Assembly (NCBI GenBank): GCA_964409365.1
Contig: CAYPCX010000002.1
Coordinates: forward strand, 32,984-96,983
Direction of reading: 5' to 3'
DNA length: 64,000 bases
From: an uncultured Planctomycetia bacterium
Lineage (GTDB): Bacteria > Omnitrophota > Gorgyraeia > Tantalellales > Tantalellaceae
Position numbers and translations under genes: made by a program. The notes beneath the pieces are model-generated. The model made no database searches. It saw only the letters and a program-made list of their open reading frames with translations, and had not been told where the DNA came from. Of this stretch, positions 15,001 through 27,000 are shown one piece after another (the first letter of the stretch is position 1; the number at the start of each line of letters is the position of its first letter).

Positions 15001-18000
15001 AACATCGTTATCCACGGCAGTTCTTACACGGTGGAAGCGACGTCGCGCGGGATGATCGAAGGGGAAGAAAGGTTCAAGTATACCTTTGAAGCGGCCGGCG
15101 GCGAGACATATGTCAGCGAAATGCCCGGGCTTATACCCAAGGTGTGGATAGAAGGCCTGACGTTCGATATAACGCTCAACAGAGCCGAAGAAAAACTCGA
15201 GCTTGACGAAACGAACATTACCGACACCGGCGAATACCTGACCGCGGCGAGCATTCGTTCCATACTGTCGAGGCTCATGCTCGAGGTCAAGGCCGATGTT
15301 GCAGGGCCGGCCGGTTCCACGGAGCCCGACGGCACGCTCGATGTAGAGGATATAAAACGCCTCAAGATAGACCTGATGGACCTGAACCAGGACGGGATAA
15401 AGGACAACCGCGACCTGGACCTGGCCTGGACGCTCATAGATTTCAACCGGGACCTGGTGACGAAATACGATTACAACCCGAACGGCAAGCTGGACGAAGA
15501 AGACATCAATTCCTTTAATGTGCTTCGCGGCGGGTCCACGGGGCTGGACCTGGATCTCAACAACGACGGCAGGACTGACGATCTCGATGCCAAATATCTT
15601 ACCCAGATCGTCACCGTGGAGCTTGTGAAACAGCACACCTTCGCCCGGGTCGACCGCGATTTCAACGGGATCATAGAAGAGGACGAGGAAGAGGACGAGC
15701 GGACAATGCTGGAGAACCTCTTCACCATATCTTCGGCCGATCTGGACTCGGACGGTGTGATCGACAAAGAAGACCTGGACAGTTTCGACCAGATCAGGAC
15801 GTTCATAGACGATATCATGGGTATATACGGGACCCAGACCGTTGTCGCGGCCGACATCAATGAAGATCACCTGGTGGATTACAGGGATGTCTCGCTCCTG
15901 GACCAGGCTATAAGGTCTTACGCGGACATAAGCGGTGATTACTCCGTGACGATCAAAGACGATTATATACTCCAGGCCATAGTCCAGCCGGATTCTTCAG
16001 GTGTTACGGAACTTCCGCTGTACGGGATAAAGATCATCGACCTCGCGCAATATATTCTCCCGGAAAGCGCGAAAGAGAAAGCCGATCTTGATAACAACGG
16101 GACGATAAACTACGCCGATTTCGAAGCGTGGTCGCAGTTCGATATGAACGAGATACGGGATACCTACAGCGCCGCCGGGAGTTTTGACGACCTGGAAGGT
16201 TTCAGCACGAAAGACGGGACCATCACCACGAACGAAAAGAGCGGCTCGTTCTCGTATAATATCGTGCCGCAGGTATCCGGCGTATACCACCTGGCGATAA
16301 AGGCTTCCAGCAGCGCGCTTACCGTGCTTGATTTCAGTGTGTACGTCGACGGTGAATACCATTCTTCCTTCAGCCTGGGCACCTCATCGAGCATGGCCAC
16401 GGAAGGTTACGTCCAGATCGAATTTGACGGCGACGCCACCGAACATGAGGTCATGTTCATGATGTCCAACCCCAGCACCAGGGACATGTCGGTCAGTATC
16501 GAAGAGTTCATACTTACCGAACCGGTCCCGACGGCTTACGATATAAACGGTGATTACCGGTACACCACCGAAGACGGACAGGTGATACAGAGGATGATCG
16601 CCGCGCAGGTGTTCATAAACGAGTGCGATATAAATTCTGACGGCGAGGTCGACGTTGACGACCTTACCGCGCTTGACCCGAACGGGGACGGTTACATAAC
16701 CGGCAGTGAAGCCGATTTCGACGCGGACGGTAATGGAAGTGTCAGCCAGGCGGAGGCGCGCAGGGACGCCGACCGTGACGGGGATATCGATGATGAGGAC
16801 CTTGAGCTTCTGGGGCACATGCTTGAGACGATAGATTTCATATCGCGTTCGGACGTTAACGGAGATTCCTTTATTGACGCCAAAGACCTCAGTTCGCTCC
16901 GCCAGAGCATGGACGTGCTGGATTCCTCCGAGAGAAGGGCCCTTACCGTGGACCTGGCGGAAGGGATAGCGGATGAATTCCACACGGTGAGCAGGGATGA
17001 ACTTGCAAGGAGCGACCTGAACGGCGACGCTCTCGTGGATTCAAGGGACCTCGGCATGATAAGGCTTTACGTGGAAGAAGGTCTAATAGATACGATAATC
17101 GATCAAGATATACCTCTCCTTGAAGGAGCTTCTCTAGAGATGAGCGTGGGCGATACTACGTATGATACCGGCGATATCATCAGGATACTGGCGGCTCTCG
17201 ACGGGTTGGAAGAGAAGGACGGCGAACTCTACAAGTTCCTCCTGAAAGAAGAGGGCTTCGACCAACCGAGCCTGCCCGACTGGACCGCGGGATCCGGGGA
17301 CTGGAGTATAACCGATTCCAGGTGCTCCCAGCTTGAGGAGGGCACATCGAGCGCCAGGATCGTTTACGAAGGCGCGCTCGAGGCGGAAGATTTCATCCTG
17401 GAAACGCAGGTCAGGCTCAAGAGGACCAAAGCGAAGGTAACCGGCGGAGCCGGGATCATGTTCCATTTCCAGGACGAGGATAACTATTACGAGTGCGTCC
17501 TGAATCCCAAGCTGCAGCGCGTAGAGTTCCGCAAGGTGGTGGACGGAGGAGAACCGGCAACGATAGCGTACAGGAGGCTGGAGACCACTTCGATAGGAAG
17601 GCTGGATACTTCCGGCGCGTCCTGGTACGACCTTAAGGTGGAAGCGAATGGCCGGGAATATACTTTCTATCTCAACGGCGAGGAGATGTTCACCGCTGCC
17701 AGTTCCACGTTCACGGGCGGCAAGGCGGGTCTTGTGTGCGCCCCCGGACAGAAGGCCGATTTTGACGATTTTGTGCTGGGTACCGGCAGCACTCTCAAGG
17801 AGATGCTGAGGGATGCGACGCTGGAGGAAGACCTTGACGTCGACGGCGTAGTGGACGCGTGGGATTACGCGATACTGAACGCCCTCGATGACCTGCAGGC
17901 GGAGTCCTCTGTCGAGGTGGTCCGGGCGATGGCCAGGATAAGCCGCGGGGACGTCAGCGGGGATAATAACGTGAACGAGGCGGACAGAAAGGCTTTTGAT

Positions 18001-21000
18001 ATCGACCAGGACGATACCTCTGACCAGGAGGATGTCTTCATAGTGGAAGAAGCGGCGAGGATGGGAAGCGAATATCTCAGGTTCGATATCGCTGATCTCG
18101 ATCAGGACGGACAGGTGACGGAAGATGACGAGACACTGCTTGACGAGATGCTGGCCAACATGGTCGATATCAACGCCGACGGCGTGTTCGATGAAGACGA
18201 CCTCGATCTTTTCGAGTCGATCGATGAATACATGGACCTCGATTTCAGCGATTCCTGGGCCCAGCGTTCGGACGTCAACGGCGACGGTTTCGTGGACATG
18301 CAGGACGCGGACGCGATCGAATATGCCATTGAATACAGGGCGAGGACAAAGGACATAATCTTGAGCATAATGGACGAGATCGTTACTAACCTTGCCAGGC
18401 CGTACTCCGATCCGCAGTCCCTCGTTACGCCTGACGACTTCGCGAAAGCGGACGTCAATAATGACGGCAAGGTCGACGGCGCCGATATTGCCGATATCCA
18501 GGGCAAGATGGATTTTGTCAATGCGTCAAGCGATCCGGAACTGGCTTACACGATGATCGATATCTACAAGTACGACATGAACGGGGATACCGTGTTCTCC
18601 GAAGAAGACGTTACCATGCTGGAGAACGTAGAAGAAAGGGTAGAAGACGGCAGGGTGCTGACGGCGCAGGATTACGCGAAATACGACCTGGACGCGGACG
18701 GGTCGATCGACGCGGACGATCGCGCTATTGCCGGTAACGCCCAGGCATATTACATCGACGTGGATGCGTCCGGCAAGGTAGACCTGCGCGACAGGGACTG
18801 CGTAATACAGACGGTCTACAAGAATTCTCTCGGGGTGACCGGGTCCATGATAAGACGATGCGACGTGAACTCGAACGGCCGGATAAACAGCGACGACCTT
18901 GACCTCCTGACCGAAGCCCTGAGCGCCAAGACGGTGATGGACTCGGACGGCGACGGCACGCTCGAGGCCGGGGAGATCAATGACATGCGCGACCTCATCA
19001 CGGGTTTTGTCGAAGGTTATATAGCGGACAAAGATGCGATCGCTTCGGCGGACATGAATTCGGACGGCCTGGTGGACAAGCTTGATACGGCATATCTGGA
19101 ACAACAGATAGCCGATCTCAAGGTCGAGATGATAGAGATGGAAGGCAGGATAGCCAACGCGCCGGTCGCCATGCTGGAAGCGCGGCTCGAAGCGGTGGAC
19201 GTCAACGGCGACGGCAGGAGGACACAGGAAGACCTGGACCACATAGCCGCCATAATAGAGTATCTGGATCACCAGGCCCAGGACCAGATCACGGAACAAT
19301 TGATCCTCGCGGCAGACGCTAACCAGGACGGCAAAGTGGACGATGCCGACATGGAACTCATGGACATGCATTTCGACCCGGCTTACGTCAACATGCTTGA
19401 CCTGGACTCGGACGGTTTCATCACCAGCGACGATTTCAGCACGTTCGAAGGTATAAGGCAGGCGATGACGGACGGCGACATACCCGGCATAGACCAGTTC
19501 GAGAAGTATGACCTCAACGCCGACGGGACCGTGGATATACAGGACGTGGATACCGTCAAGGGTGCTTACATGGGCCGCGTGGATATAGACAATGATTTCG
19601 TCATTAACGACAAATCTTCCGATAACGGCGGTCCGGACGATGACACCACGGACAAAGAGCTTCTCGAGGACCTTGTCAGGATGCAGGACCTCGTGGACGA
19701 AATGAACGCGCTCACCTCGGGTGATGACCCGCTGAGCGTCAGGCAGGTCCTGATAAACAGGGACCTTGCCGATAACAGGCAGGCCGGGATCAACCGTTTC
19801 ATGATAGCCGCCGAGCTTGATTCCAGCGGTGACGGTAAGATCACGTCCGACGATATCGATATCTTCGCCAACAGCCTGGAGCAACAGGATAATTCCTATT
19901 ATGACATCAATAATGACGGCATCTTTAATTCCCAGGACGTCTTCCTCATCGAAGAGATATTCACGGAGATAAACAACTACCAGATCCATGAAAGGCCGAG
20001 CATTCTCGAAGACCAGCCGTGTGTTTACGGCCGGACGATACTCCAGCCGGTGGAGTACGATATCCGGGACATAACGAACGACCTGGTGGTGGACGAGGCC
20101 GACCTCGAGGCCCTGCAGGAAGCGAGGGACCGGATGATGTCGTTCACCGAGGACCAGCTGGTGAGACAGGAAGACGCCGAAAGGATCGTCAAGTTCCGCG
20201 CGCTCAACATGCCGATAACGCTGGAAGACGTGTACAGGTCGAACCTGGTCACGGCGAACGACGATGATGAGAGCCTGAGGATAGGAGACGTCATAGGCAT
20301 CCAGCATCCGGGTGAGTCCACCGTGGACATGACCGAAGAAGAAGAGCAGAAGAAATGGATCGAGTTCTCCCAGGCCGGCTATATCGTCAGAACGATGAAG
20401 CTGCCGCTGGGCCAGGATCCCAAGAGGCCCCGGATAGAGAACGACCTGTACTCCCACGCCGAAGAGATCGGTGGAGGCGATCCCGATCCGGAACCGGTAC
20501 AGCCCGGCTATGAGAATATATTCGACGGCAGAGGCTTCGGCCCGTATCTCACGACGGCCGGTTATACCCAGACAGCCGAAGGCGTGATCAACTGGTACGG
20601 CTACCCGATAGTAATAGACGTCGACGAATTCGTAGTACCAAGTGATACGGACGAGGACGGCCTGGTGAACGCGAAAGACATCTTCTACATAGACACTGCC
20701 ATGGATAACGTGGAACTCGGCGAGTTCCTCTCGCTGTGGCAGCTCACCATGAGCGATATAAACAGGGACGGGGTGTTCGACGCGGGCGATGACGACGCCA
20801 TGAGACTGGTGCTGGATAACGCGGTGGACATTAACGGTGACCTGATGATAACCGAGGACGACATACAGACCGTCTACAGCCAGAGAGAAAAGATCCTCGA
20901 GGCCAAGGATGTGAAGGCAAAGATAGAGACGCTGGATGAGATGCTCGCAAGCGGCAGTTATACCACGCCGGAAGCCAAGGCCCAGCTTGAAGAGATCATC

Positions 21001-24000
21001 GATTACCTCGGCCTCCAGACGATGGAAGGGAACGTGGCAAGTTCGTTCGACGCCAAACTCGAGCTCCTGACCAAGGTCCTCAAAGAGGAGATCTTTACCC
21101 CGGACGTGGCAATGGCCACGCGGCAGGAACTCCTCGAGGAAATGGTGGAGAAACTCGGCATAGTGCCGGAGAGGGCGCCCAATTACGCGGGTGTCTCGCT
21201 TGAGGATTCACAAAAGTCCTGGCTAGAGGGAGAACTGGGCGAGCTTTTCAGCTTCGGCCAGCTCGACAAGAACTCGGACGGAAAGATAACCCAGGCGGAA
21301 CTCCTCCAGACCCTTGCCGGTATATTCGACTTCGAACAGCTGGACGCCGACGGCGACGGCGTGACGACCCAGAGCGAGATCGACGACATGGCGCAGGTCA
21401 TACGCGATATCCTGGAGACGAGCACTCTCTCGAGCGCCGACCTGGAAAGCGCCGATATAAACGAGGACGGCGTGGTGAACGGTTTTGACCGGGATCTCCT
21501 GGAAACGGTGATAGAACACAGCTTCGACGTCAACCAGGATACCGTGATCGATGAGGATGACATGAAGGACTGGCTGAGGATCTACGATTATATGGGGTAC
21601 AGCCTGGAGGAGGACGAAGAGGCCGGTATATGGCATCTCGTCGATCTGGAGAACGCGGACATAGACGGAGACGGTCTCATAGAAGGCGGATGGTATCTTG
21701 ACGAGGTCGCGGCGTGTGAAGAGAACCCGGCGGGATATGAGTTCGCCGAATGGGACCAGGACCGTTATCCCGAGGCCTGGTCGGACAGGACGGCGTATCT
21801 GGATAACATGCTCGAGGTCCAGGACCACCTGAACGTCCTTGACTTCGACCTTGACGGCGTGTTTGACCAGTCCGACGTGAGGGCGGTAACGGACCTCATG
21901 CTGTTCATCGAGAACAGCACCATAGAACGGGATATGGAGAACCGGAACGTCGCGGACCTCCCCAACGATTATGACCTCCTGAACGAGAGCTTTCTCGGCA
22001 GGGACGGCGTGGTCAACGATATCGATATCGCCACGTTCCTGGAGGTCACCGACCCGGCCAGGCACGCCGACGTCAACAGGAGCGGCCAGGTGACCGACAG
22101 GGATGTCAACCGCATAAGGGAGATCATGGATTTCGATTCTATCAGGGACGAGTGGGAGGACTGGAACGCCTCGTACACGGAAGAGGACCCCTACTGGATA
22201 AACACGAACCTCACCGACAGGATCATACACGTGGAAAACAGGCATTTCAGGATAACGTATGAAGCGATCTCGGGCATATATATCTTTGAACCTTTCTATG
22301 TCCTGGAAAGCGAAGTGCCGGATGAACCTGAGGACAACATTCTCAGCGACCCGGAGGCCGGCACGGTAACGATAATGGGCAAGGACCTGGAGGGCAACTA
22401 CACCGAAGAATACGTGTATAGCATCGAGGTCGATCCGGAGACCGGAAAGCTCACCCTGATCAGAGGGACAAGGGAAGCCGCGGAACAGAGCGCGCTCCGC
22501 GCTTACATGGAGAGAGCCGATCTTACCGGCGACGGCAAGGTGAACTATTTTGACAAGAACGTTCTCCAGGACGTGAGGGATAAAGCCGCCTCCGCCGGTA
22601 TTACGCAGATGGACCAGCAGATGCTGGACACGGTAAAAGAGGTATTCGCCCTGGTGAACGCCTGGACGGTCACGCTGGAGAAAGAAAAATGGGTGAGCGA
22701 GAACGTATATGACCAGGTGATCACCATGGAGGGCAAGAAGCTGGGGATCGAGATAGTGACCGGGGACAATACCACCAGCTATGTCTTCTATGATATAGAC
22801 GGCGGCAACAGGGCCTACCAGGCCGATATGGACGAGATGACGGTGCATATAGGCAGCGTGGTCTACCTTATCATACCCAACGAGGCGACCGGCGATATCC
22901 AGCTCAGAAAGCTCTACATCAACAGCTATGAAGTCGGTGACTGCGCGATCACCGTGGAAGGAAGGGACTTTGTCGTCACTAAAGACGAGACGAGCGGGAT
23001 ATACGAGTTCAGGGAGGGCACCAGGATATATGAGAGTCAGCACATAGAAGAGAAGGATTACGTGATAATAAACGGCGCGCCGTGGGAGATAGTGGAGACC
23101 GGTTCGGGCGAGGTCAGCCTCTTCAAGAAAGCGGAACAGGCTACCAGCACGCCCGTTTCCGAGGACCTGCAGGTGATCGTCCTTTACAGCAACCTTTATA
23201 CGACGAATAAAGTATACACGGTCGACGATTCCGATCCCGACATGCTGGTCTTCTCGAACGCCGAAGCGACCTACGTGACGCTTAAAGGCGAAGATACCGT
23301 GGTCATCGAAGGCACGCTCTACGATGTGGATTACGATGCCGCCACGGGCGAGGTCACCCTTACCGAGGTGCTTTTCGGCGACTTCGACGGCGACTATTCA
23401 GTGACGGCCGAAGAACAAGCCATGCTCAGCTCAGCCATAGGCGCGTACACGACCGGCGTGCTCGAAGCCGGCGGCGCGGCGTCCCTGTACGTGGATATAT
23501 ACGGCGTCCGTTACGACATCATCGTCGAAGAGGACGGGTCCATAACGCTTGCCGAACGCATTATCCGGTCCAGCTTCGTCGACACGATAAAGGTCGGCAC
23601 GACCACCTACAAGGTCACCACAGAGACCCTGACGGAATCCGAAGAAGGCGACAGGTTCGACCACGACGTGCTCGTGTTCACCGAAGTATCCCTGGTGGAG
23701 ACCGAATTCTCCTCGCGGACGGGAAGCTATACGACATACGTGATACAAGAAGGAGGCTATACCACCAGCGACTACGACATGGAAGAGGTGACCATCGGCG
23801 GTCAGACTTACGGGATAAGATGGCTTGCCGAAGGCGGCATAGAACTTTTCGATACCGGCACCGAGGATGCCGTAAGTTCCGCCGGTGATTTCCTGATATT
23901 GGAACTTACCTCTACGACGGATGAAAATGACGCTTTTGCCACCAGCCGCTGGCTGGGAGACGGAAAACTGGATATCAGCGGCCTGTACCCGTCGGATACG

Positions 24001-27000
24001 CGTTTCGGCATGTCGACGATCCTTGCCAGCAAGGACGGCGATACTTACGTCTTCGCCCTGAACGCGGAACTGGACGAAGCGGCGCTCGAGGATATCCGGG
24101 TGGAAGGCGGATATTCCGATACGGGCACCTGGGATGACATCAAGCAGGTGCTCATGGACGAGTTCAAGCGCACTACCTATTATTACAGCGATACCAGGAC
24201 GGACACGGTAGAGATCGGCGGGATATTGTACGATATAGACGAGATAGGGGAAGAGATAAGGCTTACCGCCAGGGAAGTGATCGCCGGTGAGGCGGGTACG
24301 GGAAGTATTGAGCTTGCCTGCGTGGAAGAAGCGGGAGAGTACGTTTTCTACGGGCCCGTAGGAGTTAGCGGAAGCGCCCAGACCATCCGGCAGGATGAGG
24401 ACGGGACAGTGGTGTTCGGCAATTACCAGCGCTACCAGGTCAACGAGATACCCATGGGCGCTTATACCACGGTCACGCTCAGCCAGCTTTCCAGGACGGC
24501 AGGGGTGACCGCGCCCAAGGAGATAATAGAGGTATACGGCGTCAATTACAAGGTCACGGATAACGGCGACGGAACTTATACTTTCACGGACGGCACTTAT
24601 CTTTACACCAGTGACGCCACGACCCAGACGGTGAGACTGGGCGAGATGCTTTTGACGACAGCGGAACGATATGAAAGCGGCATGACGGAGGAAGAGCTCG
24701 AGGACGTCAGGGGAGTGCTGTATGACATATCCTTTGACGCGGAGAGTAATATAGTCCTTACCAAGCACGCCGAGGAGATAGGCGCCGCGCAGGTGTTCGA
24801 GGTCGCGGGAGAGATCTTCGCCGTTACCACCGATTACAAGGGCGACAAGACGATAATGACGTACCCGGCCGGTGTCGTCGTGGCTGAACTCGCGCTGGAG
24901 GAAGACATCCTGGCCCTCGGTGACAGGACGTACGATGTTACCAGGGACGCGGGCGGCAAGATCAGCCTCCAGTGGAATACCATACAGTCCGTGGATATCG
25001 AACTCGTCAAGGTTGCCGGCGTGAGATATTGCGTGAAAGAGACGGCCGATCCCGAACACCTCTACGAGTTCGATTACATGGGAGAGGTAACGGCCAGTTA
25101 TTCGACGGCCGAAGGCCATAAAGTGGACCTGGGCAGCGGGGCGAACATCCTTACTTACGACATTTTTATCGACCAGGAGAGCGGCCGCCTGCGTCTTATA
25201 GAGGATTACATGGAAGGGACCACGGCGACCGGCGCTTTTATCACCTTTGACGGAAAGACGGATCCTTATGATGTGGGAATAACCGGGACCACCATAACCA
25301 TTACTGACGGCGAGAATACCGTAGTGATCGAAAAAGCATCTGCCGATTTTACGAATCTGGTCATAACGCTGGTAGTGGATGACAGCGGTACGGAGGAAAG
25401 GGACTATTACGTTATCTACGATCCGGGCGACGAAGAAGTGGAAGAGAGCATATCGCTGAGCGCTTATACCACGACGGGAACGAACGACTTCCTGGCCTCC
25501 GGGATGAAACAGATCGTGAACCTGGGCGGCATATGGTACAGCATAGTGGAAGAAGACGACGGGTCATACAGTTTCGCGTGGACAGGGTCCGATGATGTCG
25601 ACCATGTGCAGAACGCTTTTCTCGATGATGGCGAAGTGACCCTTGACGAAAACGTTATCTTCACGCTCGAGGCGGATTACACGACCGGAGCCCTTACCCT
25701 TACCCAGAGGGATTATCTGACCAGCCGCGATGTATCGCTCTACCCGGTCGAAGGCGTCCTCGCGAGCAGGATAGTCGAGATAGGCGGTGTCGAGTACGTG
25801 CTTGAATACGAGGTCAAGCAGGAATGGTCGGATGACATCAGGGACCCGGCGAGCGACGTATACGAATATTCGGCGCCGTACGGTTTCACGTACCGCAGTG
25901 GAGCCGCCACTACTTCGGGATACATCACCGTGCCGTATTTCACCCTGACGAGCGTCGAAGACGGCGTGACCTACGAGAACAGGGTGGTCACGACGGGATA
26001 TGCCCCGACGCCCGTTTCGGAAGAGTCAATTCCATACGTGGATTCATCGAGGGAAGAAAGCCGCTTCATAATAGACCTTCCGGAGATGTCCATCGGGCTT
26101 GAAGGTTATCCGGAACTTTACGCGCCGGCGCTTGAGGTGGTCGACACCCAGACAGGCGAAAAGAAGCTGTTCTATATATCCGAGAGGTCCAGGGAGGAGG
26201 GCGTCAATTCTTATTACCTGTATTCCGACGGCGAGTATTACGCCTTCAATGCGTACGGCGACGATCAGGAAGAGAACGCCGATCTTCTGACCGTGATAGA
26301 CCTTAACGGGACCGATATCGAGATAGAGATCAATGACGCGGTGGACCCGGACGGGGCGGTGGAGGGCGCGCACGGGTATATCAGCCAGACATGGTCATCC
26401 GCCACCAGGGCGCGCCATTTTCCGGAACCCCTTACCATCGATGTGGACGGCGACGGCGAGTATGATGAAGGGGACGGAGATGAGTTCACCGACATGAACG
26501 GCAACGGCGTATGGGACGAGTATGATATGTATGGCGGCCGTTACACCGTTAACTTTATCGATAAAGTTCCGCTCAATGTCGTGACCGGCCGCCAGGCGGA
26601 GCTGGTCGAGTGCCAGGTGGACTGGGAGAACGACGAGCTTGTCTATGCCGGCGGCGAACATCAGGTCCGGCAGGAGATCGAGATCGACGGCCTCAGGTAT
26701 TACGTGTATCCGGAGGGCGATACCCTGAAGATCGACGCGCTGCACCTCGAGAGCGTGGCCGTGGAAGGTAACCGCCAGGCGCTCATACTGGGCACGAAGG
26801 AATACGGGACCGAGATCGACGTGGACAGCGCTTACGGCCTGAACTACGCCGCGTCGGAAGAAGATGACGGCAGCGTGGTCTTCACCGACGGTTTCAACTC
26901 ATACACCAGCGATCCGCTGACCGGGACCGTCGATATCCTCGGGAGGACATTCCGGGTGATACAGGACGGGACCCCGGATATGCCAGGATGGACGTGCCGC

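Larger units (their letters stand above)
14446..22140 (+). other. Giant array of about 45-48 dockerin-type/EF-hand Ca2+-binding loops (about 2,560 aa), interrupted by inserted β-sandwich domains and one helical segment
   Basis: Loops of form D-x-(N/D)-x-(D/N)-G-x-(V/I)-(D/N)-x-x-D every 25-40 aa. Examples: DYNGDGILDKSD 14446, DLNNDGRTDDLD 15553, DINSDGEVDVDD 16627, DVNGDGFVDMQD 18274, DVNNDGKVDGAD 18454, DLDSDGFITSDD 19399, DLNADGTVDIQD 19510. Each is followed by an amphipathic helix-like stretch. Confidence 0.6.

Noticed and set aside
13345-15870. Long minus-strand ORFs. Examples from the supplied track are 841 aa at 13345-15870, 643 aa at 18526-20457, 606 aa at 21223-23043, 593 aa at 31966-33747 and 562 aa at 23431-25119.
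   Set aside because: They lie antisense to the continuous frame-1 gene. They are long only because the sense strand rarely uses TTA, CTA and TCA codons, so antisense stops are rare. Their translations are low-complexity (R/V/G/H-rich) with no domain motifs. It is implausible that they co-exist with a 64-kb sense ORF.
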